A stretch of 61,807 bases of DNA, counting the filler, from Choristocarpus tenellus KU-1152 (Eukaryota > Protista > Phaeophyceae), in assembly GCA_964200185.2 (NCBI GenBank). It is 8 parts of 8 records of this genome, joined end to end, with 100 filler letters (N's around TTAATTAATTAA, not from the genome) between each part and the next. Parts side by side here need not be neighbours in the genome. Positions count along the whole stretch, not along the records: positions 27,253 to 51,485 come from CAXNAD020000221.1; positions 51,586 to 55,535 come from CAXNAD020016980.1; positions 55,636 to 58,462 come from CAXNAD020024403.1; positions 58,563 to 61,807 come from CAXNAD020021299.1; 4 more parts are not named here. The stretch is one strand, 5' to 3'. The notes beneath the pieces were generated by a model. It was given only the letters and a program-made list of their open reading frames with translations. It did not search any database and had not been told where the DNA came from. Each line of letters starts with the position of its first letter. Position 1 is the stretch's first letter. Below, in pieces: positions 48,501 through 59,901 of this stretch. A program made the position numbers and the translations under genes.

Positions 48501-51226
48501 CGTTTCCACAAGTACTATGGAATTTTGAAGTACTCCAAGTATACAGCAGGATAAATGTGACCCTCAATAAGGAGGCTTTTTTCAATACGTGCCACGAGGT
48601 TGTATGTGAGGATGATGAAATGAGTGATTAGAAATAGGTTTGATTGTGACACAATGAGAAAAAATACTTGAGGAGGAGTTACCAATGAAATTTACTCATA
48701 TACCTGGTCGACTGGATCCAAAGTTCCTTCAGCATATCCATCATTGAGGCGAAGACACTTGTATGCACTGAATGCAGCTGGTCGGTTAAACTCGTCATAG
48801 AGATATCTGCCAGTTGAGTGGAGTAAAAAATATGAAACTATGGATGGCAGCATATGCCACATTTCTGAGGAGAGAGAGAAAAGAGACCAGGAGAGGAACA
48901 AATTCTCCAAGTACAAATTGTGTGGGGTACTGGAGCTTTCTAAGAAGGCTATGAAAAAATCTGCACATTGATGTTCCACTAGTTTTATCATATTGCCTGA
49001 GAACATAGCTGTATCAAAATAGTGTGGGAAATGATCAAACTCGAAAAATACGCTTCATATATCCCGTCTCTAGCAACAAATGATGCTATGGTCAAGTACT
49101 TGCAACAAAACTCACTCAAGCTTAGGAACACCATTGACGTTGACCACAGGATCAAAGGGCTTTGGTAAATCCTCCTGACCACATGGGGTGGTCAATGCTT
49201 CAACAGAGCACACTAGACCTGTTGGACACAATAGACATTCGCCAGCCTCCCTGAAAGGAAAATGAAAGATTCCTTGTTGTGGTTAGCTGATGTATAGTAA
49301 ATTTGCATTGATTGTTATAAATGCTGATTGTTATAAATGTTGATTGTTATAAATGTTGGATGAAACAATCAGATCTCATGAAGATACAAACAAAATAATT
49401 AATGGATGATAGGAAATGGCTCACTTCGAACCTTCAAAAGTCTCGTGTTGTGAATGAACACACCTGAGTTCCCAATTCTTTGACCATGTCCCCTGTGGGC
49501 ATGTACCACAAGGAGTGCCGTCTTCATCTAGAATGGATCGATATGTACCGGGAGGGCATATATCCGCAACATATGTACCATCCTCGGCACATGTTGTCCC
49601 AGGGGGACAGGGATAGCACTCTTCTGACTGATATTATCATCCATTTGAAGTAAGTAGGGAGAGAAAGGGGAAAGAAAAGTTGATCCACGAGATTGAGTTT
49701 GATACCATCAAACTCTACAAGTCAAGCAATAGGACACTACTGAGATTGACACCTAATCTAGACATATCTAGGGCTGAGAAATCCCAGCGCGTAAGAGTGG
49801 CATGTGTGACACTGGGGTCAGTCATATTGCTCACCTCAATTGTTGGGGCATAGTACCCAGGAAGGCATGCAGAGGCAGCAACTGTCCCTTCCAAGTCACT
49901 GAAATAGCCCTTGGGACTTGGAATTGGCACTGATGTACCCATCGGGCAATAAAACCCCTTTGGGCATAGCCCCATTCCCCTAGGGCTTGTGCTATTGGAT
50001 AATGCAAACGGTATCGTAATAGAGTGTAAGATGTGGAGAAAGAGACCAGCTGTAAGGCGGTGGACCAGCTAGAATTCTTGAAATCATGGAATAGAAGCAA
50101 TGTTTCATACTAGGCAAGTTCACATAATCAGCTTTAGCTGTAGAAGAAATTTTGGGGAGGTAATCTTCTACAGCAGTAAGAAGCATAGCAGCACGTACTC
50201 ATAGTAAGTGTGTGGGGATCGGAACAATATGGTTCTATGGGAAAAATGATCTGATCAAGAGCAACATGCCACTTGATCCGACCATAAGCACATGTCATCC
50301 CATGCACCTGGCCGCTTCACAGAAGAAGCCAGCAGGGCACTGCTGGGCGTAGAAATAGTTCCCTGTAACAACTTCTGAGCTCCCTACACCCCCCAGGCAA
50401 TAGGATCCTGGGGAGCATGGGTATGGTCGAAGTGTTGTGTCATTCCGGAAGATTTCTGAGGTCAAGGTACCTGTCGGGCAGTAGAAACCTGCACAGAAAA
50501 GGGATGGAAATTATTAGAATTCCAAAATAGAGTTACTTCAAAGTAAGGAATGCATCTTTTACAAAATGACACAACTCTTGGATACTGTTCCTTGGACATT
50601 GAACAAAGTCGACTAGATAGGTCAACTAGATAAGTTCTACTTCTAGTTTCTTTGATGCAAATGTTGCATTTGTACTGACTTACGACCTTGGCTAGCTAGA
50701 ATTCTGGACTCATTTGTTGTGAATTTGACCTACCTCAACATTGATATGGCAAAATACTCTTGTGACATGGAGGTATGTGATTGAGAATGTGATATATTTA
50801 TTGGATGGATCGCTCTTTGACCCAGAATAATACACAGGGGTCTCCAAAAATCAGTTGCTATTCCTTCCCTGCACACTAAGGGTTGCTCTGCTTTTAACAT
50901 TCTACTAAGCTGATCTCACCACTAGGACAACGCAGGTTTGGAGATGTCAAACCCTCTCTGCTGCACACCATGCCAGAGGGACAGATGGCAGGGTCTATGC
51001 GCCCAAAGCCTGAGCAAATATATCCTCGGGGGCAGCTTGTGCAGGCTTCCTGTGCCACCATCGAATTGAAAGTCCCGGGAGGACACGGCATTGGATCCCA
51101 GTGACCATTGTGAGGACAGTACGTTCCAATTGGACATGCAAGGCGCACACCATATGGGCAATAGAATCCAACTGGGCACTCTCCTACCCCGTTCGGTTCT
51201 GAGCTCCCCTCTGGGCAGAACATACT
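27565..51226 (-). CDS. Giant Cys-rich GCC2/GCC3 (Ephrin_rec_like, CPxGxYC) repeat protein with C-terminal multipass membrane region; CRMP-like architecture; partial at both ends, ~37 exons, ~1,900 aa
   Basis: Exons joined by hand with phase-consistent splice sites, e.g. 51226-50920 (MFCPEGSSEPNGVGECPVGFYCPYG), 50488-50308 (GFYCPTGTLTSEIFRNDTTLRPYPCSPGSYC), 49991-49835, ~47211-47098, ~46209-46063, ~45919-45608, ~43256-43120, ~40455-40304 (MTYGQHYQLAVYLDCKPCPTQYQC), ~37518-37282, ~35939-35701, ~34089-33891, ~31049-30899, ~30349-30091, ~29803-29603, 29067-28897, 28440-28324, 27642-27565 (DFVVSFFVELSIMIMERLYLDP). No in-frame stops. Hydrophobic helices occur in the last ~6 exons. Internal boundaries are approximate. 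Confidence 0.88.
28636..28892 (+). mobile_element. MITE family A inserted in a splice donor
   Basis: Full copy; TSD tta/tta; the right TSD is part of the minus-strand GTAA donor at 28896-28893. Confidence 0.92.
30389..30693 (+). mobile_element. MITE family D (28-bp TIR GAGTCAAAGTAAACRAGAGGTACCCAGG)
   Basis: TIR pair with few mismatches; flanks aga/agg; intronic. A more decayed relative probably spans ~35206-35459. Confidence 0.8.
31871..32132 (-). mobile_element. MITE family A with TTAGGG-forming insertion in its TIR
   Basis: Inverted full copy; TIR reads TCTTAGGGTTAGGGTAC instead of TCTTAGAGGGTAC. Confidence 0.9.
33680..33797. repeat. 11-bp tandem repeat (TGAAGATAGTC) x~11
   Basis: Directly visible; intronic. 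Confidence 0.95.
34496..34672 (+). mobile_element. MITE family B
   Basis: Complete copy; TSD ttg/ttg. Confidence 0.9.
34808..34872 (-). mobile_element. MITE family A, truncated end
   Basis: ...ccaaatggatgcgactctaccctctaagatactttggctc. Confidence 0.8.
35068..35173. repeat. 15-bp tandem repeat (TGAAAGTTTATTGGT) x7
   Basis: Directly visible; intronic. Confidence 0.95.
38683..38940 (+). mobile_element. Divergent MITE family A subfamily
   Basis: Starts GAGCCAAAGCATTTAG, retains aaaatccaatgttgcgat...ggaagtgtcaatat, ends ccctcttaaatgctgtgggtc. Confidence 0.75.
41098..41274 (-). mobile_element. MITE family B
   Basis: Complete inverted copy; flanks cca/cta. Confidence 0.88.
43054..43101. repeat. 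16-bp triplication (TGGTTTGAGCTATCCT)3
   Basis: Directly visible; similar triplications at ~47711-47772 (20 bp) and ~49310-49357 (16 bp). Confidence 0.9.
45329..45567 (+). mobile_element. MITE family D
   Basis: gagctaaagaaaaacaagaggtacc ... gggtacctctcgttcattttgtctc; flanks gca/aca. Confidence 0.7.
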
Positions 51227-51300
51227 CTGTGATTGTGAGACCACGGAGGGAACAAAAAGGAGTGGACTGAGAAGCCAGGTCGCTACATGTATTGGTGAAG

Positions 51301-51470
51301 GGCTCAAAGTACCTGGGAGGGGGTGGTGGCTGTTCATCTTTGGGTCAATTTTTTCTTATCGCGATTTTTGTTTTATTTGGTTGCATACGTCGGATGGATA
51401 ATGTAAATGCACTTTCCCGATTTTGCCCCAAATGGACACCCTGGTGTAGAACCCCCCCCCCCCCCCCCCC
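51301..51470 (-). mobile_element. MITE family B, ending in poly-C next to gap
   Basis: ggctcaaagtacctggg...ctggtgtagaa(C)n. Further isolated B-type ends occur at ~55641-55682, ~56471-56498 and 58563-58604. Confidence 0.85.
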
Positions 51471-51585
51471 ACATTCCTGCTAGGANNNNNNNNNNNNNNN
51501 NNNNNNNNNNNNNNNNNNNNNNNNNNNNNTTAATTAATTAANNNNNNNNNNNNNNNNNNNNNNNNNNNNNNNNNNNNNNNNNNNN

Positions 51586-52870
51586 AGACGACATGCCAGA
51601 AGATCACGTCTGGTCCGACATCGTCGAAATGGCTGATGGCGTCTTTGCAAAGGAAGCTGGGTCTAGACTGCAGCAAGACACACTCTCCCTATTCTACGTG
51701 CCACCCAATGCGAAACAGGGGTCATGCGAGGCTTGGGTGAGTAGCTACCACCTTTACCATATCACGCCCCTGAAATCCTTGAAATTGGAACAAAGTAACC
51801 ACATTCCTTGAAGACCTGAGTAGTGAAGTTTCGAACTGCTTCGTCGTGGAAGGTATTAACCGCATATCTCAAAGCTCAGATGGTGACACAGAATAAACAA
51901 TTCGGATGGTGAAAATTCAAAAAAGAAATTCTCCTTACGATAGACAAGTTTTTCTTGTTAGGATAAACAAAACTTTCTCCTTGGAGTAAGTTCATCGTAA
52001 ATCTTCAAGATGAAAAACATTACACTCACAAATATTATCACCTAAAATACACCATAAAACATAGAGATTTAAAAAAAAGTTGATGATCAACTTTTTTCAC
52101 CTTGCACCAAAATCACAAGAAATGTGGCAAACGGTAAAATTACGGATTGAAAATACATGGCCTTGAATTTTATTCACGACAATTGGTAACACAACAATAT
52201 CCTTACACTTAGGTTTGGCATCATTCAAATACATCTCGTCACCCTTCAATTCAAAGGCATTCTGGCAGACTGAAAATATGAACGAGTATTTTTTTTGGCG
52301 ATGTGACCATTTTAGACAATATACCATCGGTCCGACAGTCAAGAAATCAAAAGGATTAAAAACCTTCAACCGGATTCAACTTCAGCCTCAACAGTGTACT
52401 ATCTATTGGGAGTGCAAAACCAAGGTTACCATTTTTGTATTGTCCACGATGCACTGTTCTCTTAGGAAAAACATAAACACCCTTTGTTGTTTTAATTCTA
52501 AACAACTTCAAGATGAATGCAGCTGATGCATGTCCATCCTTTCCCTCACCCAGTTCTCCAAGACCCTGCGGGGTATGCGTAATCAAAAAGCTGTGAAGAA
52601 GCAGGGAAAAAGTCCGACAAACTTGACAGACTTTGAGGTCGCATACAAAAAAAGAATGCACCTCAAAGAGGTTCTGATCGAAGGCGTGGTGATGGAGGTC
52701 GCCATTCAGATCATAAACAAGCTCAAGGGCGGTGAAGAGGTGGCATGTCCCTCTGAGGAAGACTAATGCGAGGACATTAAAGCTCCTAAGCGAACAGTGA
52801 AGAAGAAGGAGAGCCAAATATGTGCTACTTGTGGAGGTGGGAGTTAAACTCATTATGTCCACCGTCCAAT
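51586..52870 (+). pseudogene. Decayed piggyBac-like (DDE_Tnp_1_7) transposase
   Basis: Motifs in the expected order across frameshifts: DKFFLL (~51945), VDDQL (52079-52093), YGLKI (52141-52155), TVKKSKGL, VLSTMH (52437-52454), C-terminal ICATCG...THY. Confidence 0.55.
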
Positions 52871-53649
52871 TTTCCATCGACATTAACCTTTTCAATTGTG
52901 TTCACCATACTATACCTGACTTTTTCCGGACGTTTCGCCCTTATCATGTGTGTTCCCTTGTTCATAAATGTTGAAACGAGACAGTACAAGTCAAGAATAG
53001 TACTTCGAGGAGTAGATGGTCGTGAAGTTTTCCCTTTGATTGTTAGAAGATCGAAAGGGTTCACCTTCGCAAATGACGATGGGGGTGATACAGGTGACCA
53101 TAACATTGGGATACATGTAGTGAATGCAACCATGCAGTTAATTCATGCCAATAAATGTTGTACTTTTTTATAAATCCGTACTGTCACGGTTTGCACGGAT
53201 AAGACTTATTTAACTCAAATTAGTTTACCAACAAAGTATTACAAAGGGCACCGTTTGGGGCAACTTGTATAACTTGGAAAGAGTTTTTCACGGCTTGGCT
53301 TTAAAACATAAGCTTACGTTAAGAAGCGGGTCTTCTGTGCACATGAGTTTGAAAATGTATATCGTGCTCAGTGCTTTGGCCATATACACCCTAAAAGCCC
53401 TACACAATTCAAACCAAAGACCAGTCAAAGAAAGTAGCCGCACACCTCACCAATTTCGATCCTACCCTTCTGCGTTGGAGTAGTGTAAATATTATGTAAG
53501 CCTACGAGATTGATCATGTTGACCGACATGCCTGAAGTCTACCGCGTGCCTTCTCTAACCCTAACTCTATATATATCTCATTCCATTGCTTTTTGTGACG
53601 CTGTCTCGACTATTCTTTTGCATACCAATGTATTCCGGCCTCTCCAAGG

Positions 53650-54830
53650 TTATGGTGATGTAACGGTTCTTGTGGCGGGGACCGGAGGGATTTCGAAAGC
53701 AGTCCATGAAGAGGAGGACATCAAAAAGAAGGTGGCTGATATTATACAACAACGGCTCGCTAACCTACACAGTGAGCCCTCCGGCCACTTTATCATGACG
53801 TTCAGCCTCGGTTCCAACCAGCGCCCCGAGGATCTCAATGGAGCTCTTAGGGCCGCCTCAGAAATCCAACCTTTCCGGCGCCTAATACAACCCACAAAGG
53901 ACCATCCCATCAGCATTGATGTGTCCGTCATTGGAGAGGTTGTTGCCGATGTTGGGGTGGGGCGTGATGTCCCTTCCAAAGGGAAGGGAAAGAGTATAGG
54001 CCTCCAGCCTTCGTGTGAAGATCGCATTGAGAGGTTCAGACCAGCTCCCATGGTCCCATGAAACCATGGTCCCATGAAACCCCCGAGTCCGATTGCGAAG
54101 CTTTGTCGAGCTGTTCTGGAAATAGCAACATCTCCCGCGACCTGGAGATGTCCACTTCGGCATTGAACATCTTTGACAGCTTGGGAGAAAATGAGGAAGC
54201 TAAACCTGAAGATGTGGAGAGGGTTCAGGTTGATACTGACACGCAGCAGAATCGCGGCTTCAAAAGGAAGCTCGAGGAGAGCGTGCGTTCCAATTGCGGA
54301 CGTCGAAAGACGAGCTTCTCAGGACCTAAAGGGAAAAAGTCGAATGATGATAGTCCCTCTGTCCTCGAAGAGGACGGACTATACCTCTTTCGTCCTTTAT
54401 TGATGGAAGTGGGGCGAGTACGCCAGGGAATGATCCCTCTGAGGCAAATGATGAGGAGGCCATCACTTCCGATGGTAAGATCGATTATGGGATTACTAAC
54501 GAATTTCTTGAAGATTGCGCCGATGCTTTGTTGAGATATGGTTTTGAAAAGGAGTGCATCAGGAGCGGAATTTTCAAAAATCGAAACCCGACAGTAACAT
54601 CCAATGTTCTTAAACAGGTGATTGACTGTCATGAGTTTGTGGCGGCGAAGACAGGAGTTAAGGCCAAACCCATCATTGTTGACGATTACTGCTACGTCCA
54701 CCGCGCTATCCTCAAGGGGTGCAATAATCGGGGCGAGATCGCAAGGCGCACGTTGCAAATGGAGGATATAAATATCCTCATCAAGAGAAAGGCCATGTTC
54801 CTGTGCGGTGTGGAAGCAGGAGTGGAGTGA
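53650..54830 (+). pseudogene. Frameshifted remnant of a ~390-codon ORF of unknown type (possibly TE-associated)
   Basis: Three consecutive open segments, broken near a 16-bp tandem duplication (ccatggtcccatgaaa x2, 54048-54079) and by a 1-nt shift near 54400. Confidence 0.4.
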
Positions 54831-57800
54831 CCGATATTCGTCGCCTCATAACTTGAGGCACATTCTGACAGAAAGGTTCCCCAGGTTACGGGGTTGGTGG
54901 AAGATGGAAGACGAACACTGTTTCGAAAGTTTAAGCGAGATGATGGAGAAGAAAATCCAAAGTAAGAGCTAGAGTAGTAGAATATCAAACGTTGTTTATT
55001 TCAACGAAAGATTAGGGTAAAAGCTGATTTACGTAGATCACTATCGAATAGGTACACTTGATGAATACCTACGTGAATAGTTTGGATGGAGTCAATGTCT
55101 TCAACATTATGTTTGGTATCGGTGTTGCTGGGTTAGGACATGTAATGTACACTTGATGGATACTTGTGTCAGTAATCTGGACCGAGTCCACGTCCTTTAC
55201 ATTTTTTGGTAACGGTGTTGTTGGGTTAGGACACTGTGATGCGATATCGCGACACCTAGTGCCTAGATACGGCCTACGGTCCCAAGGAGCCACTGGCATT
55301 GTGGTCTTCATTGATTTCTCAGATCTTGAGCTTAACCAGAGTAACAGGTCAACCTCTCTTGGTCGATAAATTACATGCGTTTCGAGTGTGTGTAAAATGC
55401 AGCTGCTACTGTGTGTTGGACCTCGAATGATCTGTTGTTGGTCTTTGTGTTTAACATGATTTTGATGGACTGAGGTCTATCCATGGATATGTGTTATTTA
55501 TGTGTGTTATGGTTTATAGTTTCACCATTGCCTGTNNNNNNNNNNNNNNNNNNNNNNNNNNNNNNNNNNNNNNNNNNNNTTAATTAATTAANNNNNNNNN
55601 NNNNNNNNNNNNNNNNNNNNNNNNNNNNNNNNNNNTGTTTCCTCCCCCCCCCCCCCCCCCCCCCCCCTAGATACTTTGATTCAACGTGAGAAACAATGCT
55701 CGCACTATTTGCCTGTCACAAATGTTCATGTTTGCTAAAACATGAGAAGAAATGCTCGCGCTATTTGCCTGTAACAGAAGAACCCACCCATCAAGTACGA
55801 GGGTGTAGGGAAGGACAACACTATCTAGAGAAACACCAAGAAGTGGGTCCGGTGTTGTTGTAATAATGAAGAGCTCAATGTCGATAAATATGGAGCCCAA
55901 AGACTATTTCAATTTGAATTTCCCTGAGGACCACCAGCTCGATTAGTTGGTAGTGTCCACTAGCACTCACATGAGGTCCGATAGGCATCGCGCAAGTGCC
56001 AGTGTTGCCCAGCATATGTTGGGTGCTCAGCTTGAGATGACGTTTCAAGCATGAACGGGAGACAAACGGGTTGTAGGTTGAAAGGTCATACTGAATCTGG
56101 GGTATGAACGGGTCCTGACTTCAGCTGTTCATGACTTACTCCCCTTCAGGAACCTCATCTTGGCATTTGTGTTGAATATTGATACTGTGGGTGGTGGAAA
56201 TGGTGGGGATAGATACCTGGAGGGTCAAGATAGGAGGGTAGAAGTGGAGAACAAGGTAGTCTCCCCTTTACTCTGAGGGAAGCATGGCAGACGAAGTCCG
56301 GGTCCCCTCAGGAATTTTCCATCCACAATATATTGGGTATGACAGAGACAGATGCATGTCTGGCATGGAACAGATGAGAGGGAAGTAGTATATCACACCA
56401 GCCGACTTTCACTGAGAGTAACTGCAGCTAGGGGTAGTATGCCGATGGGGGTGGGAAGCAGAAGGGGGAGCTCCCCCCCCCCCCAGATGCTTTGACCCTT
56501 TTTTTTCATGGGACAACAGATACTGTGGCCGGTGCATGCTCTAGTGCATAGCAAAGCACCATGCAGGCTGTACGTTTAGGATGCCATAAGGCATCTGTTT
56601 GAGTTTCTCAGAGAGGCATGGCTTGTGGAGACTTGGGGATTGATTTCCATTGATTTTTCCTGTCCAACTTGGTGTGCTATTTCTGGAACGACTACTACTA
56701 CTACTACTGTGCCTGACCAAAAAGTTCCTCGTGCATCAAGTGGCAGTCTATACCTTACCCAAGTCATATTTTATTCTTCAAGGATGCTTCTTGGGTTGTA
56801 GGGTGTTGTTGTGTCACCCAGAACTGGAGGGGGGTCATACCTTGAAGTTTTGTTTTATATCCTTTTTTTGGTGTGGGATGTGCATCTTTCGTCGTGAAAT
56901 CATAGTAGAGTGTAGATAGATGTGAATGTCAATGATATACAGAGGTGAAGAACGATTACTATTAAATACTAAGTTTTTTTCATTGGTTACTATCGTATTG
57001 AATTAACTTTCCATTGGTTTTTCTTTCCCCTGGTACATCTACAAAATGTCACAAATCATAATAACTTATATTAAAAACTACGAAGAATATTTCCACAAAA
57101 TATTTTTAGGAAAGTTTCTTTAAAACTTTCATTGTCACCTCCAAAATAATAGACCCAAATAAGTTCCTTTCACCAAAATAGAATGAAAACGAAAAGTAGA
57201 AATTAGAAGACTGTTCATTTTAAAGGGGTCACAAATCAGTTTTTCGGGGTCTCCACCAAAAGAAAAAATTAATATATTGAATTTTGAAATTTCGACATTC
57301 TTATCATAACAATAAAAAAAGTACAACCTAATTTTAAGAACTTCCTCAAATTAATCAGTAATAGGTTTGTATTGACATGAGAAACTCAATACCCTTCAAC
57401 ACAACAAATTGAGGTCGACGTAAAGAGTTGGATAGTAAAGTACCGAGTAGGTACATGGACGGTAAATAAACCATTAGAGTAGTGACGCATGCAACACCCC
57501 TAACCTACAGAACAAGACATATCAAGGCAGTGGTTAGTGTCTACGATGGGCGTGGCCCCGAATATAACCAAGAATGTCGAAAATTGCGACCATCCACACT
57601 AAAATAGAGCTTCTAAGCGTTGAATGCATCATCAACTTAAATACCAACAATGTCTACGATCTAACGTGATCAACCTAAGCCTACGCCATGAATCTGGTGT
57701 GGGCAAGGGGTGACCTTACTAGTAGTGTCGCCCTGAGTGACTGGCTGTCCCGATTGCGACCAAGACCTTCGAAAACTTAAATTTTTAGACAAGGTTGAGT

Positions 57801-59220
57801 TTCTGGACTTTGATTGAGATAATGGAAATTACAAAAGATTTTTGAATCTGAACGCCAACAATCTGAGCTTGTGGTTGGAGGTGTTTGTTCGCCTGCGAGT
57901 CCGTACAACAACTCATTTTTTGAAGCTTGAAGACCATCAGAAACACCAGCTGTAGCACACATTCTCTAATCAACTCCAAGAGACCAACTATGGTGAGAAG
58001 TGCAGTCTGTTCTAGATCCGACATTGCTATCCAGTCCATCATCAGTTGTCGATACCTAGGCCTCACATCATTATACAGGTGTGCTGTGTCTTCTACGTAT
58101 TCCCACGCTCCTACCTTTGATTGATAATACTTTGCGCCATTCTCAAATTAACTGACGTCATGTTATTAGAATATAATAACGAGACCACAACAAGGTACTA
58201 ATCCTGCCGGCCCTACATGACCCAGATGAGGTAAGTGCTGTGGGGCTCAGGTTGGAGCTGTGTGATCGCATTGACGCAGGGACAACATGATACTCTCCTG
58301 CTTCAGCGCAGTTTTATCCGTCACTCTTTTGGTCTTGAACGCGTACGTCCTTGTCCCATTCGTGACTGTGATTAGAGAGAAGGAGAGGGTTTGGTGATAG
58401 ATGGTGGGGGGTGGAGTGCCTAGCGCAATCGGATGACGTTGCTAGTGGTTCAGTGGTTAAAGNNNNNNNNNNNNNNNNNNNNNNNNNNNNNNNNNNNNNN
58501 NNNNNNTTAATTAATTAANNNNNNNNNNNNNNNNNNNNNNNNNNNNNNNNNNNNNNNNNNNNCCCCAAAATGACGCGGCTCTACCCTCCCAGATACTTTG
58601 ACCCATATATATCGTGTGAGATACTTGTGTGTGTGTTAGTTTTTTAGGCTTTAGTGTTAGGGATGTTGGCGTTATGTGTGTATTGTGCTATGTACTGTAT
58701 GGTTAGCAGTATGTTTAGCGTATGTACCTTGTTGGAACTGACTCTTTATGTATACTGCTTTTTTTTGGGGGGGGGAAGGTGGTATGGAAATAAAAGAATG
58801 TCAGGTTTAGCAAAATAATAGTAAATTAGTACAGAGTTAACTTTGTTCAGCATCAGTTAGACCCTTTTTTTTTCGTTGAAACCGTTGAAACCGTTCCACC
58901 TGATGACCCCGTACAAAAGAGGTGCATATGTATATTTATGTAGGAGAGAGTGAGAATGTAAAGGGGAAGCATTAAGTCGTTTGTTTGTACTAGTGTTTAG
59001 TGCAGTCCCTTCTCTTAATGTTTCCCAGCCTTTTCCAGCAGCTACCCGAGGGCAAGGTGATGTTCAATGCATTCTTGTTGGCTATGTCTCTCTTAGCAAA
59101 CAGTGTCCTCAGTATCAGGTGTGGCAGGGACATCGCCACCTTCAGTGGCATGATTTCATGGGTACCTGGATGATACTGCCGTATGCCCTTGATGACCCCA
59201 CTGTTAAGTTAGTTATCTGA

Positions 59221-59339
59221 AGCCCCTTGGATTGATTGAAAAAGTGCATTCGTCAGGAGGAGTCAGCCCCCTTTGATTGAAATATTGATTGAAGGAGTGC
59301 AGTCGTCATGAGGAGTCAGCCCCCTTCGACCAATTGAAA
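59221..59339. repeat. ~45-53-bp tandem repeat, ~2.5 units
   Basis: gattgaa..agtgca.tcgtca.gaggagtcagccccctt repeated. Confidence 0.75.
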
Positions 59340-59577
59340 GAGTATGTGCCGAGGAATTCGCTTGTTGGCTTGTCTTGGCAGGCGGGTCAGAGGCGCGGGG
59401 CTGCGCCTTATAGACCCGTCCCCGTTCCTCGAAAAATGCCTGGTATGTATTTAGGAGCACCGCGGCGTTCAACCGTAAAAGAAAAAAATGTAAATCCTTT
59501 CTTCTTTTTTTTTGACGGTGAGAAGGAAGCACTCTTAATTGCTTTTTTGTTTTTGTTTTGTTTAGTTGAATGATTGA

Positions 59578-59901
<324 letters not shown>

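Noticed and set aside
55900-56140. LPFMLET motif (minus) as a second CRE remnant
   Set aside because: Single short motif with no supporting context.
58435-58462. tRNA A-box-like TGGTTCAGTGGTTAAAG
   Set aside because: Cut by the gap; no cloverleaf can be shown.
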